In this document: positions 18,650 to 27,692 of the stretch, piece after piece
Position numbering within the stretch: the first letter of the stretch is position 1
Layout of the letters: each line of letters starts with the position of its first letter
IMG/VR virus record: IMGVR_UViG_3300014832_000004
Location: 16,871-80,870 of that record
DNA length: 64,000 nucleotides
Source of the DNA: a virus
Taxonomy: Duplodnaviria > Caudoviricetes
Strand: one strand, 5' to 3'
Translations under genes and position numbers: made by a program
Notes under the pieces: model-generated
What the model saw: only the letters and a program-made list of their open reading frames with translations
What the model was told of the DNA's origin: nothing
Database searches by the model: none

Positions 18650-20025
18650 GCTGATGTCGCCAAGAATGCAGGGATGGATACGCGATTGCCGGCGGCGTAC
18701 TCGTTTGTGTTCTTGCGCGCTCCAAGAACCGAATCACGGACGGCGGCAAGTGTTTCAGAAGCCATCTTGGCTGCCATGTCCTGCGCCGCATCCTGCTTGC
18801 GCTTGATGTTGGCGACGACGGATCCATCCTGGTTGCTGGCGAATACATGGATATGAACCGGGCGCTTTTGGCCGAATCGCCATGATCGGCGGATGGCCTG
18901 GTAGAAGCCCTCGTAGCTGTCGTTGACGCCGACGAATGCTTGATTGGCGCAGTGCTGGAAATTCAGCCCCCATCCGCAGATCTTCTGCTTGCTGATGAGG
19001 ACGCGATGTTGTCCAGCCGAGAACCCGACCATTCTCGCCTCCTTGATGTCGTTATCGTCGGAGCCGGCTACTTGCACAGACCCTGGAATTGCTTTTTCGA
19101 GCATGTCGCCTTCGTCGTTAAGGTCACACCAGACGATCCACGGGGCGCTGTCTGAATTGACCAGATCTGCGCACGCCTTGACACGCTGCGCCATGCTGTC
19201 GCGCCTTGCCTGCCGGCGCTCGGTGAGCGTCTGTGCTTCCATGGCGAACAAGCCATGCGCAGAGTTGTGCTCGATTTCGACCGTGTGCTGATGGATATTG
19301 AGCGGCGGGAGGTCGTAGGCTCTGGCGTCGTAGCCAAGATCCGCCGGGCTGCGAATCATGGCTCCCCACGATGCAACCCACCGCCAGAACACTTGCCTGG
19401 CATGGCCCTTCAGCCGCCAAACGCTTGTATCCCCGCCGTCGTGGACGAAGAATTCGGCCAGCATTTCAGCACGGCTGCGCACCCCGAGGAATTCCGCATG
19501 CGTTCCCAACTCCGTCCAGTCGTTCGGGCTCGGCGTCGCCGTGCAGCAGAGCTTGTACGGCGTGTGTCGGAATGCGGCTATGAGCAGCGCCAGCGTGCGG
19601 CTGGCGTGCGATTTGATGATGCTCGACTCGTCAAGAGCAACGCCTGAGAACTGCGACATATTGAACCTGTGCATGCGGTCGTAGTTGGTAATGTTGATGC
19701 CGGCCACCACGTCTTGAGCTTCGCGGCAGTGCGTTACTTTGGTTCCCATAATCCGGGCCTCTGAAACGAACTGCTGAGCGACGGCCAGCGGACACAGGAT
19801 GATGACCGGCCTACCTGAGTGCGCCGTGACGGCATCTGCCCACGCGATGGCCATGCGCATCTTGCCCAGCCCGGTGTCGGCAAAAATTGCGGCTCGACCG
19901 CGGCGCAGAGCCCATGCGGTTAGGTCCCGCTGGTGCGGGAACAAATCGTAACCGCGCAATGGCGTGTCAATGCCAGCGGACGCGACGACGCCGATCTTGT
20001 TTCGGATGAACTTGGAGTAGGTCAT
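18646..20025 (-). CDS. SNF2-like SF2 helicase
   Basis: ADTGLGK, LDESS, CTATP, GLNFQ, QAIRRSWRFGQ. Confidence 0.88.
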   Translation of the reverse strand: MTYSKFIRNKIGVVASAGIDTPLRGYDLFPHQRDLTAWALRRGRAAIFADTGLGKMRMAIAWADAVTAHSGRPVIILCPLAVAQQFVSEARIMGTKVTHCREAQDVVAGINITNYDRMHRFNMSQFSGVALDESSIIKSHASRTLALLIAAFRHTPYKLCCTATPSPNDWTELGTHAEFLGVRSRAEMLAEFFVHDGGDTSVWRLKGHARQVFWRWVASWGAMIRSPADLGYDARAYDLPPLNIHQHTVEIEHNSAHGLFAMEAQTLTERRQARRDSMAQRVKACADLVNSDSAPWIVWCDLNDEGDMLEKAIPGSVQVAGSDDNDIKEARMVGFSAGQHRVLISKQKICGWGLNFQHCANQAFVGVNDSYEGFYQAIRRSWRFGQKRPVHIHVFASNQDGSVVANIKRKQDAAQDMAAKMASETLAAVRDSVLGARKNTNEYAAGNRVSIPAFLATSA

Positions 20026-21749
20026 GCCTGGTGGTTCCGTATCACGCCGTTTTCGATCCAGAACGCACCGACGGTATCCGGCAACTTGGTCGGCACCGCC
20101 TTGAGGGTGGCGAACAGCAGTGCGGTTTCGATCTCGCCATCTTCGGCAAGGCCATCAAGCCAGAACAGGATGTCTTCGCGGCCGGTCACGTCGAGCACAT
20201 CCATGCGGTCAAGGACCAGCAGCTTGACGCCTGATATGTGGCTGATCGCTTCGGCAATCATCGCGTCTGCGCGCCACTTCTCTGACTCTGACAGTAGGTT
20301 GTAGGGCCGGCCGCCTCCGGTTATGGTCATGTCAGCATCGATGTCGACGCGCAGCCACTCGGTCATGTGCGACGACGACGCCAGTCGCTGGTTGATCGGT
20401 CCAAGCGCATCGGCGAGCATCTCGCCAGGTATCCCATTCGGCGCCAGGGCATCGGCTACCGCCTCCCACTTGGTGACGTCGACGTGATAGGCGCGGGCGG
20501 TGTCAGTGCGGCTGTCGGCAAGCAGCGCTGTTCGCTCGTCGTCTTCAAGCGTCTTGATGGCTTCCTTCAGCGCCACGCGCGACTTCTTCGCCTCGTCGAC
20601 CTTCGCCCGGGCGGCGGCGATTTCCTCGGTCGTTGGCGCCGGGGCGGATTTCTGGTCGTCGATCTCGGCCAGGGCTTTTGCTGCTGCGTCGGCGTCTGCC
20701 AGGTCGCGCTTGTCGTTCGCGACCGATCTGGCGAGCAAGTCGCGAGCACTCTGATACTCGGCGAGCTTTCCGGGATCGGCCGGGGAGTCGACGACTGGCG
20801 GCGGCGTGAATTCGATCAGCGCGCCGTTGGCGTGGTCGTGCCGCAGCAGAGCGGAGCATGCCGGGCATTTGTAGGTTGGCTCGGTCGGAAGCTGCTTGCC
20901 TCCCTTGCTCATCTCGGCGTCGACTTTGTCCTGCAACTCCTTCAGTGCCGACTCGTCATGGCGCAGCTTGGCCTCGATGCGGGCGAACTTGCCGGCGCTC
21001 TCGCGAAGCCCTGACAGCCGCGCGCCTTGATCTGCCTGCGCCTTGGCCCGGCCCTGCATGTCGCCGATCTGGCGCACGCCGTCTTCGATCTTCTGCGCCA
21101 GCGTATCAACCTCGGCTCGGCGGGCCTTCAGATTCTCGGGATTGAATCCTGGCTTCGGCGCCACCCATGACGAGGCCTTGACGCTGCCGTAGGTTTCTCC
21201 GGTGACAGTGCGCCATGAGGCCTTGTTGTCACGTGCCTTGGCCTGCGCCTCCTTGTGCGCGGCGTCGAAGCCGGCCCGCAGGTGCGGGGAGATCATCTTG
21301 ACCATCTCATGGTCGCAGCCCTTGTCGAGCAGGCGTTGCGTGACGGCGTCTCCGTCTGTGCGCAGGCCCATCAGGCCGAAGAGGAACGTGCGGCGCTCGT
21401 TGGCCGGAAGGCTGCTAAAGCGCTGTGCGTCGAGGACGTAGGGCAGGATGGCCGGCGGTCGCTCGTCGGTGTGTTCGTGGGCGCCGTTCGGCACGGTGAT
21501 AGCGCTGCGGCCCCTGTCGTGATCGACCACGACATAGCCAACGGTCTGGCCTTCGGTGATGAGGGCCGGGTAATCCTTCTTCATGCTGACGCGCGACGCA
21601 TCGCCGGTGAGCGCCATGCGAACCGCTTCGGCGATACTGCTCTTGCCGCTGTGGTTGCGCCCACAGATGAGCGTGACAGGTCGCGTCAGGCGGATGTCGA
21701 CGTCGACGGCGCCGATGAAATTCTTGGCTTGGATGGCGGTGATTTTCAT
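20022..21749 (-). CDS. Rad50/SbcC-like ABC ATPase
   Basis: Walker A GRNHSGKS, CPAC hook, LLSESE signature, LVLDRMD Walker B. Confidence 0.8.
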   Translation of the reverse strand: MKITAIQAKNFIGAVDVDIRLTRPVTLICGRNHSGKSSIAEAVRMALTGDASRVSMKKDYPALITEGQTVGYVVVDHDRGRSAITVPNGAHEHTDERPPAILPYVLDAQRFSSLPANERRTFLFGLMGLRTDGDAVTQRLLDKGCDHEMVKMISPHLRAGFDAAHKEAQAKARDNKASWRTVTGETYGSVKASSWVAPKPGFNPENLKARRAEVDTLAQKIEDGVRQIGDMQGRAKAQADQGARLSGLRESAGKFARIEAKLRHDESALKELQDKVDAEMSKGGKQLPTEPTYKCPACSALLRHDHANGALIEFTPPPVVDSPADPGKLAEYQSARDLLARSVANDKRDLADADAAAKALAEIDDQKSAPAPTTEEIAAARAKVDEAKKSRVALKEAIKTLEDDERTALLADSRTDTARAYHVDVTKWEAVADALAPNGIPGEMLADALGPINQRLASSSHMTEWLRVDIDADMTITGGGRPYNLLSESEKWRADAMIAEAISHISGVKLLVLDRMDVLDVTGREDILFWLDGLAEDGEIETALLFATLKAVPTKLPDTVGAFWIENGVIRNHQA

Positions 21750-22578
21750 GGCGTCATGTCCTTGATGGCGAAATAGACGGCCATGCACGCCTTCACATCA
21801 GCCATGGCGCTGTGCGCGTTTTCCAGTTCAAGGCCAGTGAAGTGGCTGTAGGCTTCGGTCAGGTTGGCCGTCTTGTGGTGCGTTCTGCCGACCGCCAGCA
21901 TGCGTTCAGTCGGAGGAAGCTTGCAGATCGGAGTTGCGAGCCTGGCTGTGCATTCGGCTTTCCCGGCTTTCCACTCGTCAGCCGCCAGGTCGCCGTAGCG
22001 CATCATGGCGATGCGGACAATTCGGGCGTCGAAGCTCTCGTTGTGGCCCACGCGCAGGTTGACGCCGCGCCACATTTCCAGGAACGCGCTCAGGGCGATG
22101 TCTTCCGGTATTCCGATATCGCCGGCCATCTCGGTGGTGATGCCGTGGATGGCAGATACCTCATCGGGGATCGTCCAGCCGTTCGGGCGAATCATCAGGT
22201 CCAGGCTCGACAGCACCTGGCGCGTTTCAGCGTCGACGACAGCTGCGGCGATCTGCACGATGTGCGGCTGGTGCGCCGCTTCCGATGGAGCTTTGAAATC
22301 CGGCAGGCCGGTCGTCTCGGTGTCGTAGAACAGAATGGGGTTCATGGCGGTTACTCGATGCCCATGCCGCCGCGCTCGCGGCGCTGTCGGGCGGGAGTCG
22401 CGCTCTGCATCGCTTCCTGCCTTTCAGCGGCGCGGATCGCGGCTTCTTCTTCGGGGTCTGGGCGCCAGTCGCCGGCCGGCGCGGCTTTCTTGATTTCCTG
22501 CGGCACGGTCTGCGGTTGCTTCTGATCGAGCTGCGGCGCGTCGTGGATTTCGCCGGGGTCCTGGTCGACGGTCTGTGG
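21708..22578. repeat. ~870 bp direct repeat, copy 1 (copy 2 at 61071-61941)
   Basis: Identical translated exonuclease; matches at both ends and spot checks; first mismatch seen at 22475/61838. Confidence 0.92.
21746..22345 (-). CDS. DEDDh 3'-5' exonuclease (DnaQ-like)
   Basis: FYDTETTG, GHNESFD, AHSAMADV. Confidence 0.9.
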   Translation of the reverse strand: MNPILFYDTETTGLPDFKAPSEAAHQPHIVQIAAAVVDAETRQVLSSLDLMIRPNGWTIPDEVSAIHGITTEMAGDIGIPEDIALSAFLEMWRGVNLRVGHNESFDARIVRIAMMRYGDLAADEWKAGKAECTARLATPICKLPPTERMLAVGRTHHKTANLTEAYSHFTGLELENAHSAMADVKACMAVYFAIKDMTP

Positions 22579-23322
22579 CTCGTTTTCCTCAACCACGAAC
22601 CCGCCTTCGATTACAGCTCCTCGACCTCGGTCTGCGGCATCCGACAGCGCAACCGCGTTGGCTACTTCGATGCTGCACGGCATGTATTTGATCACCTGCA
22701 GCAGTGGCACCTTGCGGGCGTACATTTCCCAATCGCGGAAGCTGTAATGCTTTTGGCCTTGCTTGTTGTACTTGTCGCGATGTTTCTTGATTTTGCTGAC
22801 TCGCCAAAGCTCGATGATCGGCATCGTCGCGTCCTTTACCCATCCGATCGCGTAGGCGTGGGTAATGTCGGCCGGGTCATCCAGGTCGGTTTCGTTGTGG
22901 ATGATCAGGTCGCGCTTGGCGCCGTCGATGAAGGTGTATTCCTGGTCCTTGAATATCACGCCGGTGAATACCGTTCCGCGTCCGCTGCGCGACACAAGAT
23001 CGACCAACCCCTTCCAGCCCGGAACAAATGTGCATGTCGTTCCGTAGGGGACCAGAAACCCGGCGCCGTTTACTCCGGGCTCAAGGCCAAGCTGGCCGGC
23101 GGTCATGATGCTGGCTGCAATGCTCTTGGTGGTGCATCGCTGCAGCGCCTCGCTGGTGCTGAACGCAGTCAGCGCAAGGCGCGTCATGCGGTCGGCGGTC
23201 AGATGCTTCGGCAGCGCCAAAGCCATTTGCGGCTTCAGTTTGTCCATGAAGCTGCTGAATGCCGCAACCGGGGATTGGCGTTTTTCTCCGGTAACGACTG
23301 ACTTTAGGTCTGCTGTGGTCAT
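22351..23322 (-). CDS. recT: RecT-family single-strand annealing protein
   Basis: LPKHLTADRM, GLEP, GWKGLVDL, MYARK..LLQVIKYMP; next to YqaJ nuclease. Confidence 0.85.
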   Translation of the reverse strand: MTTADLKSVVTGEKRQSPVAAFSSFMDKLKPQMALALPKHLTADRMTRLALTAFSTSEALQRCTTKSIAASIMTAGQLGLEPGVNGAGFLVPYGTTCTFVPGWKGLVDLVSRSGRGTVFTGVIFKDQEYTFIDGAKRDLIIHNETDLDDPADITHAYAIGWVKDATMPIIELWRVSKIKKHRDKYNKQGQKHYSFRDWEMYARKVPLLQVIKYMPCSIEVANAVALSDAADRGRGAVIEGGFVVEENEPQTVDQDPGEIHDAPQLDQKQPQTVPQEIKKAAPAGDWRPDPEEEAAIRAAERQEAMQSATPARQRRERGGMGIE

Positions 23323-23331
23323 GCTGGACTC

Positions 23332-24276
23332 CTATTCAATGAGCAGCGGGCGGGAGCCTGCTACTGTCTTGGTGAACTCGTTGATGTGGCCGGCGAGAGG
23401 CTGCATGTCGAGGTATGCAGCCTGCCAGTCGGTTTTCTGGCTTGGCTTGTTGTTCTTCCATGTCGCAATTCTCTGGCCGTTGTAGATCACGGTGGCGGCG
23501 CTTCCGATGCGCAGCTTGATCTGCGTTGCGAGCAGTTCGGCGCGTTCCTCGCCATCCTTGTTGGCTGCCTTGGCGTCTTTCAGCGATCGACACATGGCGA
23601 ACAGTTCGTCGTCGGCCTCGATCGTCTCACCGTCGTCCTTGGCGTACAGCCATCGCACGTCGTCGGCGGTTTCCGGCGGCGGCGGGTTGCGGTCTTGGAC
23701 GCGCTGCCAGAACTCGATTTCGCGTGCCCGGATTGCGGCAATCGTTTCGTCGTCGCGCTCGATCCAGTGCACGCGCGGCCTGTCGTCGAATCCCGTCAAC
23801 GCAGCGATGACGGCTCGGCGACGCGGGCGCAGCATCAGCCCGTGCATCACTTGGGCGGCGTAATAGATCGGCACGTCGTCCGTCTCTTCTTCGCCCCAAA
23901 GCTTGGCCGCGAACGGGCTGACGGTCTTGGCTTCGCAGTTAACCGGCTCCCCGTCGATGATCAGCTCAAGGTCAATTTCGGCCGCCAGAAATGGATACTC
24001 AGGGTCTTGGTAGCGCCTGTTCTGCGCGACCAGTTCAACGTCGTGGCCGCGGTCAGTCAGCTCGTCGAGCAGCATTTCGACGACGATCGGCTCCCACCGG
24101 TGGCCACGGTCGAAAAGCCTCTGCTTTGCTGGCGCCACTTCTTCGGCAAAGGCCCCGATCTTTTCCTGATAGAGCTTGAAAGCGGATTTCCATGGGCTGA
24201 CGCCCAGGATGGCGGCGACATCGCTGCCGCCGATGTATGTCGACCGGTCTAGTGGGATGACTTCTGGTGCGTTCAT
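23332..24276 (-). CDS. YqaJ-like viral recombinase exonuclease
   Basis: IGGSDVAAILGVSPWKS, EIDL, EAKT, YAAQVMH. Confidence 0.9.
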   Translation of the reverse strand: MNAPEVIPLDRSTYIGGSDVAAILGVSPWKSAFKLYQEKIGAFAEEVAPAKQRLFDRGHRWEPIVVEMLLDELTDRGHDVELVAQNRRYQDPEYPFLAAEIDLELIIDGEPVNCEAKTVSPFAAKLWGEEETDDVPIYYAAQVMHGLMLRPRRRAVIAALTGFDDRPRVHWIERDDETIAAIRAREIEFWQRVQDRNPPPPETADDVRWLYAKDDGETIEADDELFAMCRSLKDAKAANKDGEERAELLATQIKLRIGSAATVIYNGQRIATWKNNKPSQKTDWQAAYLDMQPLAGHINEFTKTVAGSRPLLIE

Positions 24277-24578
24277 TCCTTTGCCCTCCGTTCGGCTTCC
24301 GCATACGCCATGCGCCGGCAGTACGCATCGGTCTCGGCGCGGGCGAGCACACAGAATTCGTGCTCATGGCCGAGAAAAAGAAGCGCTCCGGCGTGCTGGA
24401 ACTGGCCTTCGGTAAGCGCCCCGATCGCGGCGGCAACGTTGTCGCCGTCGTGAGGGTCGAATTCCCCGCCTGGGGCCATCAACTGTTCGACGTAGAGATC
24501 GTGATCGAACAGTTCCGGCGCCTCGAAATCGCCGGTGCCGATCTGGCAATCGCGGCGGCCCATTACAGGAGGCTCCAC
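24273..24578 (-). CDS. Hypothetical protein
   Basis: Overlapping start/stop chain in leftward operon. Confidence 0.55.
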   Translation of the reverse strand: MEPPVMGRRDCQIGTGDFEAPELFDHDLYVEQLMAPGGEFDPHDGDNVAAAIGALTEGQFQHAGALLFLGHEHEFCVLARAETDAYCRRMAYAEAERRAKE

Positions 24579-24829
24579 GCGCTATCGACGAGAAGCCACG
24601 CAATAACCAGGGCAGACACTGCGACGACTGCTGCGTCGCCCCACGTAGGCCCGTCCTTCGGCGCTACTAAATCGCACTCCGCGGTGATCTGCTGTTCGCG
24701 CAGCAGGTCGATGGCCGTTTCCAGCCACGCCTTGGCGGCTGTGTGCAGGCCGAGATCCAAGCAGAACCGAGCGGAATCCCCGGCGCTGCGGGTGCTGGAG
24801 GTGTCCAGCGAAGCGGCGGCGTGGTTCAT
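24563..24829 (-). CDS. Hypothetical protein with C-terminal TM helix
   Basis: Hydrophobic C-terminus; analogous to 63718-63951. Confidence 0.55.
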   Translation of the reverse strand: MNHAAASLDTSSTRSAGDSARFCLDLGLHTAAKAWLETAIDLLREQQITAECDLVAPKDGPTWGDAAVVAVSALVIAWLLVDSAWSLL

Positions 24830-25251
24830 TCGGAGTCGACCTCGGCAAGCGATTCGATCGAGCGGGCCGACCGCGCTTCCACCTCCGCTAGCCTGCGTTG
24901 TGCTTCGTCGCCGTGCGCCTTGATGACGCCATGCAGGTAGTTGATGCGGCTCTGTGCCATCCGCATTGTTTTGAGCGTGTACCGATGAGCGCTTTCTGAC
25001 CGTTCAATTGCGGCGACCAAGGCCGGCTCGCGCTCCATCAGCTCCGCCAGGCGCAGCGCGGTGGCGTGCTGGCCCTGGATGGACTCGGACAGCGAGCGCT
25101 TCAGGTCGGCGATTTCGGCGCGCAGCATGCCGTTCTCGTCTTCGACGCGCTGACGCTCCAACGTGTCGTGCGCCATATCGGCGATCTTGCATTCAGTCCC
25201 GAAGAACCGAACGGTTGGGCGCTTTCGCGCCAGGTGCTGGATGTGTGCCAT
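24826..25251 (-). CDS. Coiled-coil hypothetical protein
   Basis: SD AAGGAG before ATG 25251; heptad pattern. Confidence 0.55.
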   Translation of the reverse strand: MAHIQHLARKRPTVRFFGTECKIADMAHDTLERQRVEDENGMLRAEIADLKRSLSESIQGQHATALRLAELMEREPALVAAIERSESAHRYTLKTMRMAQSRINYLHGVIKAHGDEAQRRLAEVEARSARSIESLAEVDSE

Positions 25252-25262
25252 TGCGGCTCTCC

Positions 25263-25850
25263 TTATTTGATGGACGACTGAACAGCGCACGCGGAAAGCA
25301 AAACTCCTTTCCATTGATGCCAGAATTCGAGCCCATTAATGTGCATTGAATTTATTTTCTCGTCGTCAAATTCATGCCAATCGTTGTGCTTGTGGGTTTT
25401 GCAACCGATGGTCAAAAACTCGTTCGTGATGGTTACGAACCATGGCAGCCCATAAATAAAAACCGGCGTCGATTTCAATTTTTCGCCGCGCAGGTTGGCG
25501 CCGCGCAGGTTGGCGCCCAACAGATTGGCGCCGTACAGATTGGCGCCGCACAGGTCGGCGTCGCGCAGGTCGGCGTCGCGCAGGTCGGCGCCGTACAGAT
25601 TGGCGCCGCACAGGTCGGCGCCGTACAGGTCGGCGCCGTACAGATTGGCGCCGCACAGGTCGGCGTCGCGCAGGTCGGCGCGGTACAGATTGGCGTCGCG
25701 CAGGTCGGCGTCGCGCAGGTCGGCGCGGTACAGATTGGCGCCGCGCAGGTAGGCGCGGTACAGATTGGCGCCGCGCAGGTAGGCGTCGGTCAGGTTGGCG
25801 GCATCAACCGTAAAAATAACATCGCCTATCCTGTTCTTGATTTCGATCAT
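25263..25850 (-). CDS. Pentapeptide-repeat protein
   Basis: About 20 A(N/D)LxG/x repeats from 15-bp tandem units at 25487-25801. Confidence 0.9.
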   Translation of the reverse strand: MIEIKNRIGDVIFTVDAANLTDAYLRGANLYRAYLRGANLYRADLRDADLRDANLYRADLRDADLCGANLYGADLYGADLCGANLYGADLRDADLRDADLCGANLYGANLLGANLRGANLRGEKLKSTPVFIYGLPWFVTITNEFLTIGCKTHKHNDWHEFDDEKINSMHINGLEFWHQWKGVLLSACAVQSSIK

Positions 25851-25967
25851 CTTTCACTCCCTGTTGGTCTATTAAAGATCCCGCTGGTGGTATCGCTGTC
25901 GCCTAATCTGCACGCATGCAGCGTCTTGGCTCTGCTGATTGGCCGCGTTGCGTTGCGGCATGGGTGT

Positions 25968-25996
25968 AATGTACGGAAGTCCGAATCGTGTGTCAA
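25968..25996 (-). promoter_or_regulatory. Leftward sigma70 promoter with operator in spacer
   Basis: TTGACA-17 bp-TACATT; spacer contains CGGAAGTCCGAA. Confidence 0.8.
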
Positions 25997-26008
25997 CAAT
26001 TGTGCGTG

Positions 26009-26020
26009 CGGAAATCCGAA
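26009..26020. promoter_or_regulatory. Central operator CGGAAATCCGAA
   Basis: Third copy of the CGGA-N2-TCCG palindrome. Confidence 0.7.
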
Positions 26021-26041
26021 CTTTCGTCCGGCATGTTCGTG

Positions 26042-26070
26042 TTGACATGCGGTTCGGGATTCCGCACAAT
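26042..26070 (+). promoter_or_regulatory. Rightward sigma70 promoter with operator in spacer
   Basis: TTGACA-17 bp-CACAAT; spacer contains TTCGGGATTCCG; ATG 7 nt after the -10. Confidence 0.8.
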
Positions 26071-26077
26071 ATCGACC

Positions 26078-26272
26078 ATGACACGAAAAGACATCATTGA
26101 ACACTTCGGATCGCAGGCAGAGGCCGCGCGGCGCCTGGGTGTTTCGCCTCAAACCATTTTCGAGTGGGAATCTGTTGGGGTGCCAGAAGGCAGACAATAC
26201 CAGGTAGAGCTGGCGACGAACGGAGCGCTTCGCGCCTCGCGTCCAGCCGACCGCAAGGCGGTACCCGCATGA
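26078..26272 (+). CDS. Cro-like HTH repressor
   Basis: IIEHFGSQAEAARRLGVSPQTIFEW...VPEGRQYQVE. Confidence 0.85.
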   Translation: MTRKDIIEHFGSQAEAARRLGVSPQTIFEWESVGVPEGRQYQVELATNGALRASRPADRKAVPA

Positions 26273-26310
26273 TGTATCTGTCCGCGTGCTTCTTGGTCCG
26301 ACGCGCGGTT

Positions 26311-26337
26311 GCCGGCCCTTCGGGGCTGGCTTTTTTA
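26311..26337 (+). terminator. tR1-like intrinsic terminator
   Basis: GCCGGCCC-TTCG-GGGCTGGC-TTTTTT. Confidence 0.85.
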
Positions 26338-26452
26338 TTCCTGTAGTTGGCGTGCCTGTCGAAATGAGCGAGGCAATTTTGCTCTGTCGAGTGGCAGGCG
26401 TAAATCCGGCCGCTCCGGATAGGCGGAGGAACGCAGATCCGGGGGTATCGGA

Positions 26453-26653
26453 ATGAGCAGCAACGTAATGCACATGCACCCGCTGCGCGCCGGCAAATAT
26501 CGCGCAGCGACGGCCACCGACACCATGCCTAGCGTCACAGCTTATTCCTGGACGTGCCGAGTATGCGGACAGCGGCGGCACGGAACATCCGGCAGAAAGA
26601 GGCTGGCTGGTGAAGGATGGAAGTGCGCCATTTGCGCAGGGGATGGGAAATGA
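26453..26653 (+). CDS. Small Zn-finger protein
   Basis: CRVC...CAIC. Confidence 0.5.
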   Translation: MSSNVMHMHPLRAGKYRAATATDTMPSVTAYSWTCRVCGQRRHGTSGRKRLAGEGWKCAICAGDGK

Positions 26654-26832
26654 CCGTATCGAAAACTGCGCCGCGCAGCACATGGGCCGACCTGGTTCGG
26701 TTCGTTGCGCTCGTACTGCGCTGCGTGCTTTCTGTGCCGATCGCCGTGATTTTCACGGCCGGCGTTTTGCTCATGGCCGGATCAAAGCTGGCCTTGGCTT
26801 TTCTTCAGTCAATAGGCGGGGTAGATGAATGA
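26650..26832 (+). CDS. Small membrane protein
   Basis: Long hydrophobic stretch; ATGA overlaps. Confidence 0.55.
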   Translation: MTVSKTAPRSTWADLVRFVALVLRCVLSVPIAVIFTAGVLLMAGSKLALAFLQSIGGVDE

Positions 26833-27113
26833 GCTGCACTCTTGAAGTTTCGGAACGCTTCATAAACGGCCTCGCGTCGCACATCGAGACCAGCGGCAAC
26901 GTGTCGTCGATCGTCGCTGAAAACTTACGCCTGCAGGGGGAGTTGGACGTGGCAAGGCGAAAGCTTTCGACGGGGACCTGGATCGACATGGCCAATGAAA
27001 TCGAGGCGCTTCGCGAGCAGAACGAAGCACTGCAGTCTGCGCTCAAGTCGGTGCATGGCGCGCTCGAAGCGATCAGTGGAACGATCGCGATCTATCGGGC
27101 GCATCAGCCGTGA
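26829..27113 (+). CDS. Coiled-coil hypothetical protein
   Basis: ATGA coupling. Confidence 0.6.
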   Translation: MSCTLEVSERFINGLASHIETSGNVSSIVAENLRLQGELDVARRKLSTGTWIDMANEIEALREQNEALQSALKSVHGALEAISGTIAIYRAHQP

Positions 27114-27295
27114 AGAAGATGACGGCGACGCTTTCGGTGGCTAATCGAAAGGTGGATTGGAGGGGTGGCGTTGTCGTTTCGAAGGAGACTTTCGATGTTG
27201 AATTGATGGCCGTCGCTGGAGGATATGCGATGGTCCGACGTTCAGGAGCAGCGCCATTTATTGTCGACTTCAAAGATTTGAGTGGCATCAAATGA
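27110..27295 (+). CDS. Hypothetical protein
   Basis: GTGA/ATGA coupling. Confidence 0.55.
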   Translation: MKKMTATLSVANRKVDWRGGVVVSKETFDVELMAVAGGYAMVRRSGAAPFIVDFKDLSGIK

Positions 27296-27519
27296 GCAAA
27301 CAATATGAAAACAAGGCGACCCAAGGGTATAAGAAGGTCGGTCCGTCGTGCGGAAATTGTGATCACTTTGATTCGGCGATCGTCGTTGAGAATTCGTATG
27401 ACGGGCTGAAAAAATTCACGCTTGAAACAAGCATGAGGTGTGCCGTCGGAGGATTCAAGGTCTTGAAGGGCGGATGGTGTGCGTGGCACAGTCGTAACGA
27501 CTTGGAGAACAAGCCATGA
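27292..27519 (+). CDS. 4-Cys small protein with HiPIP-like spacing
   Basis: CGNCDHF...RC..GGF.V..GGWC.W. Confidence 0.6.
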   Translation: MSKQYENKATQGYKKVGPSCGNCDHFDSAIVVENSYDGLKKFTLETSMRCAVGGFKVLKGGWCAWHSRNDLENKP

Positions 27520-27692
27520 CTCCCCAACAGAAACGCCTAATCCGCCCGCTGACGCGCCAGCACCCCGCCGCACAAGTCGTTCTCACGGCAGGAGCGATCG
27601 CCATCGGACCGCTGCTGGTCGTGTGCGACTGGCTGTGCGAGTACGGCGAGACGTTCGCTGAAGTGATGCGGCCAACTGGACTGCGGCCGTGA
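27516..27692 (+). CDS. Hypothetical protein (58 aa, not in ORF track)
   Basis: ATGA overlap upstream, GTGA overlap with helicase start. Confidence 0.5.
   Translation: MTPQQKRLIRPLTRQHPAAQVVLTAGAIAIGPLLVVCDWLCEYGETFAEVMRPTGLRP

Noticed and set aside
25487-25801. CRISPR-like array
   Set aside because: 15-bp tandem units without spacers; they encode the pentapeptide repeats
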